DNA from: Anaerohalosphaeraceae bacterium
Lineage (GTDB): Bacteria > Planctomycetota > Phycisphaerae > Sedimentisphaerales > Anaerohalosphaeraceae
DNA length: 64,000 nt
Reading direction: 5' to 3'
Assembly (NCBI GenBank): GCA_050309605.1
Contig: JBNRMN010000082.1
Span: forward strand, 1-64,000
In this document: positions 63,496 to 64,000 of the stretch, in pieces
How positions within the stretch are numbered: position 1 is the first letter of the stretch
Layout: each line of letters opens with the position of its first letter
Program-made: the position numbers and the translations under genes
The notes under the pieces: model-generated
Told to the model about the DNA's origin: nothing
The model's database searches: none
Seen by the model: the letters and a program-made list of their open reading frames with translations, nothing else

Positions 63496-64000
63496 TGCAG
63501 ATACACTGTTGTTGCTGTAATTCGCTTTCCATTTCGTGGCACAAGGCGGCCAGAGGAAGCATCAGATACAGCGTTTCATATCGGGCCATTGCTCCATTGA
63601 AAAAGGAGATAAAGACATAAAAACAATAAAACACCAGCATGGCCGGCAGGAGCCTGCTCCGTCGTTTCCAGAGTTTCCAGAGGATAAACCAAAACGCAAA
63701 GTGCATCATCAATAAATGTGCCAGCCCGAGAAGCCCCAAATCCGGCAGAATCTGAAAGAAGTCGGAATGGGAGTGCAGCGGTATCGGCTCGGCTGCGGGA
63801 TTCCGGCTGTAATAAATATCCTGTAAATGAAATGACGTTTCATAAAAACCGTGGCCGAAGATACGTCGGGCAAGATTTGCTTCAATCCAGTGGTTGTAGG
63901 ATTCAAGATAGCGCCACCATCGTTGTGAATTGCCGGGCGAGGCAACATGTTGAAACCGCGATTTGACCGGTGAATAATGACGCACAAAGGTTGGCAAAAA
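63464..64000 (-). CDS. O-antigen ligase/Wzy-family polymerase, C-terminal part (cut by the window edge)
   Basis: IFGHGF..HSHSDFFQILPDLGLLG followed by TM helices. Confidence 0.75.
   Translation of the reverse strand, partial: FLPTFVRHYSPVKSRFQHVASPGNSQRWWRYLESYNHWIEANLARRIFGHGFYETSFHLQDIYYSRNPAAEPIPLHSHSDFFQILPDLGLLGLAHLLMMHFAFWFILWKLWKRRSRLLPAMLVFYCFYVFISFFNGAMARYETLYLMLPLAALCHEMESELQQQQCICNDNAHEKVLY

Overview
64 kb of bacterial chromosome, most likely from an anaerobic Planctomycete of the Phycisphaerae/Sedimentisphaerales type. This is inferred from the ECF-sigma/FecR pair, the dockerin-like C-termini on secreted proteins, a small 'LRLSIKYLIFDLEATRREN' protein, NfnAB and a Re-citrate-synthase-like enzyme. 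Layout: (1) 1-5.4 kb, a glycosyltransferase/methyltransferase surface-polysaccharide operon. It starts with an unannotated 5'-truncated methyltransferase remnant and includes one probably frameshifted methyltransferase. (2) 5.4-37 kb, housekeeping genes: accA, tyrA, purL, purQ, dapL, a folK-dNK fusion, panC, panD, lgt, plsY, gyrA, holA, nfnAB, a GT4/GH57/debranching glycogen cluster, tRNA-Lys, a GH2-CBM32 gene, thrC, Re-citrate synthase and tRNA-Leu. (3) 37-48 kb, an ECF sigma, a FecR-type anti-sigma and three large secreted modular proteins that share one beta-sandwich domain; one is an HExxH metallopeptidase-like giant. (4) 48-56 kb, a glucan phosphorylase, a second ECF pair, a secreted LamG protein and a GT-C glycosyltransferase. 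(5) 56-64 kb, the end of a Wzy-type EPS locus with radical-SAM, FrhB-like and pyruvyltransferase genes. The two most unusual observations are these. First, the GT-C glycosyltransferase carries in its first periplasmic loop a circularly permuted copy of the neighbouring gene's LamG domain. Second, a 263-bp element sits between purL and purQ: an internally deleted GxxExxY nuclease-like gene bounded by 32-bp, 9-nt-periodic inverted arms whose mismatches are mostly G-U wobbles. All family assignments come from motif recognition by eye; no database searches were run.
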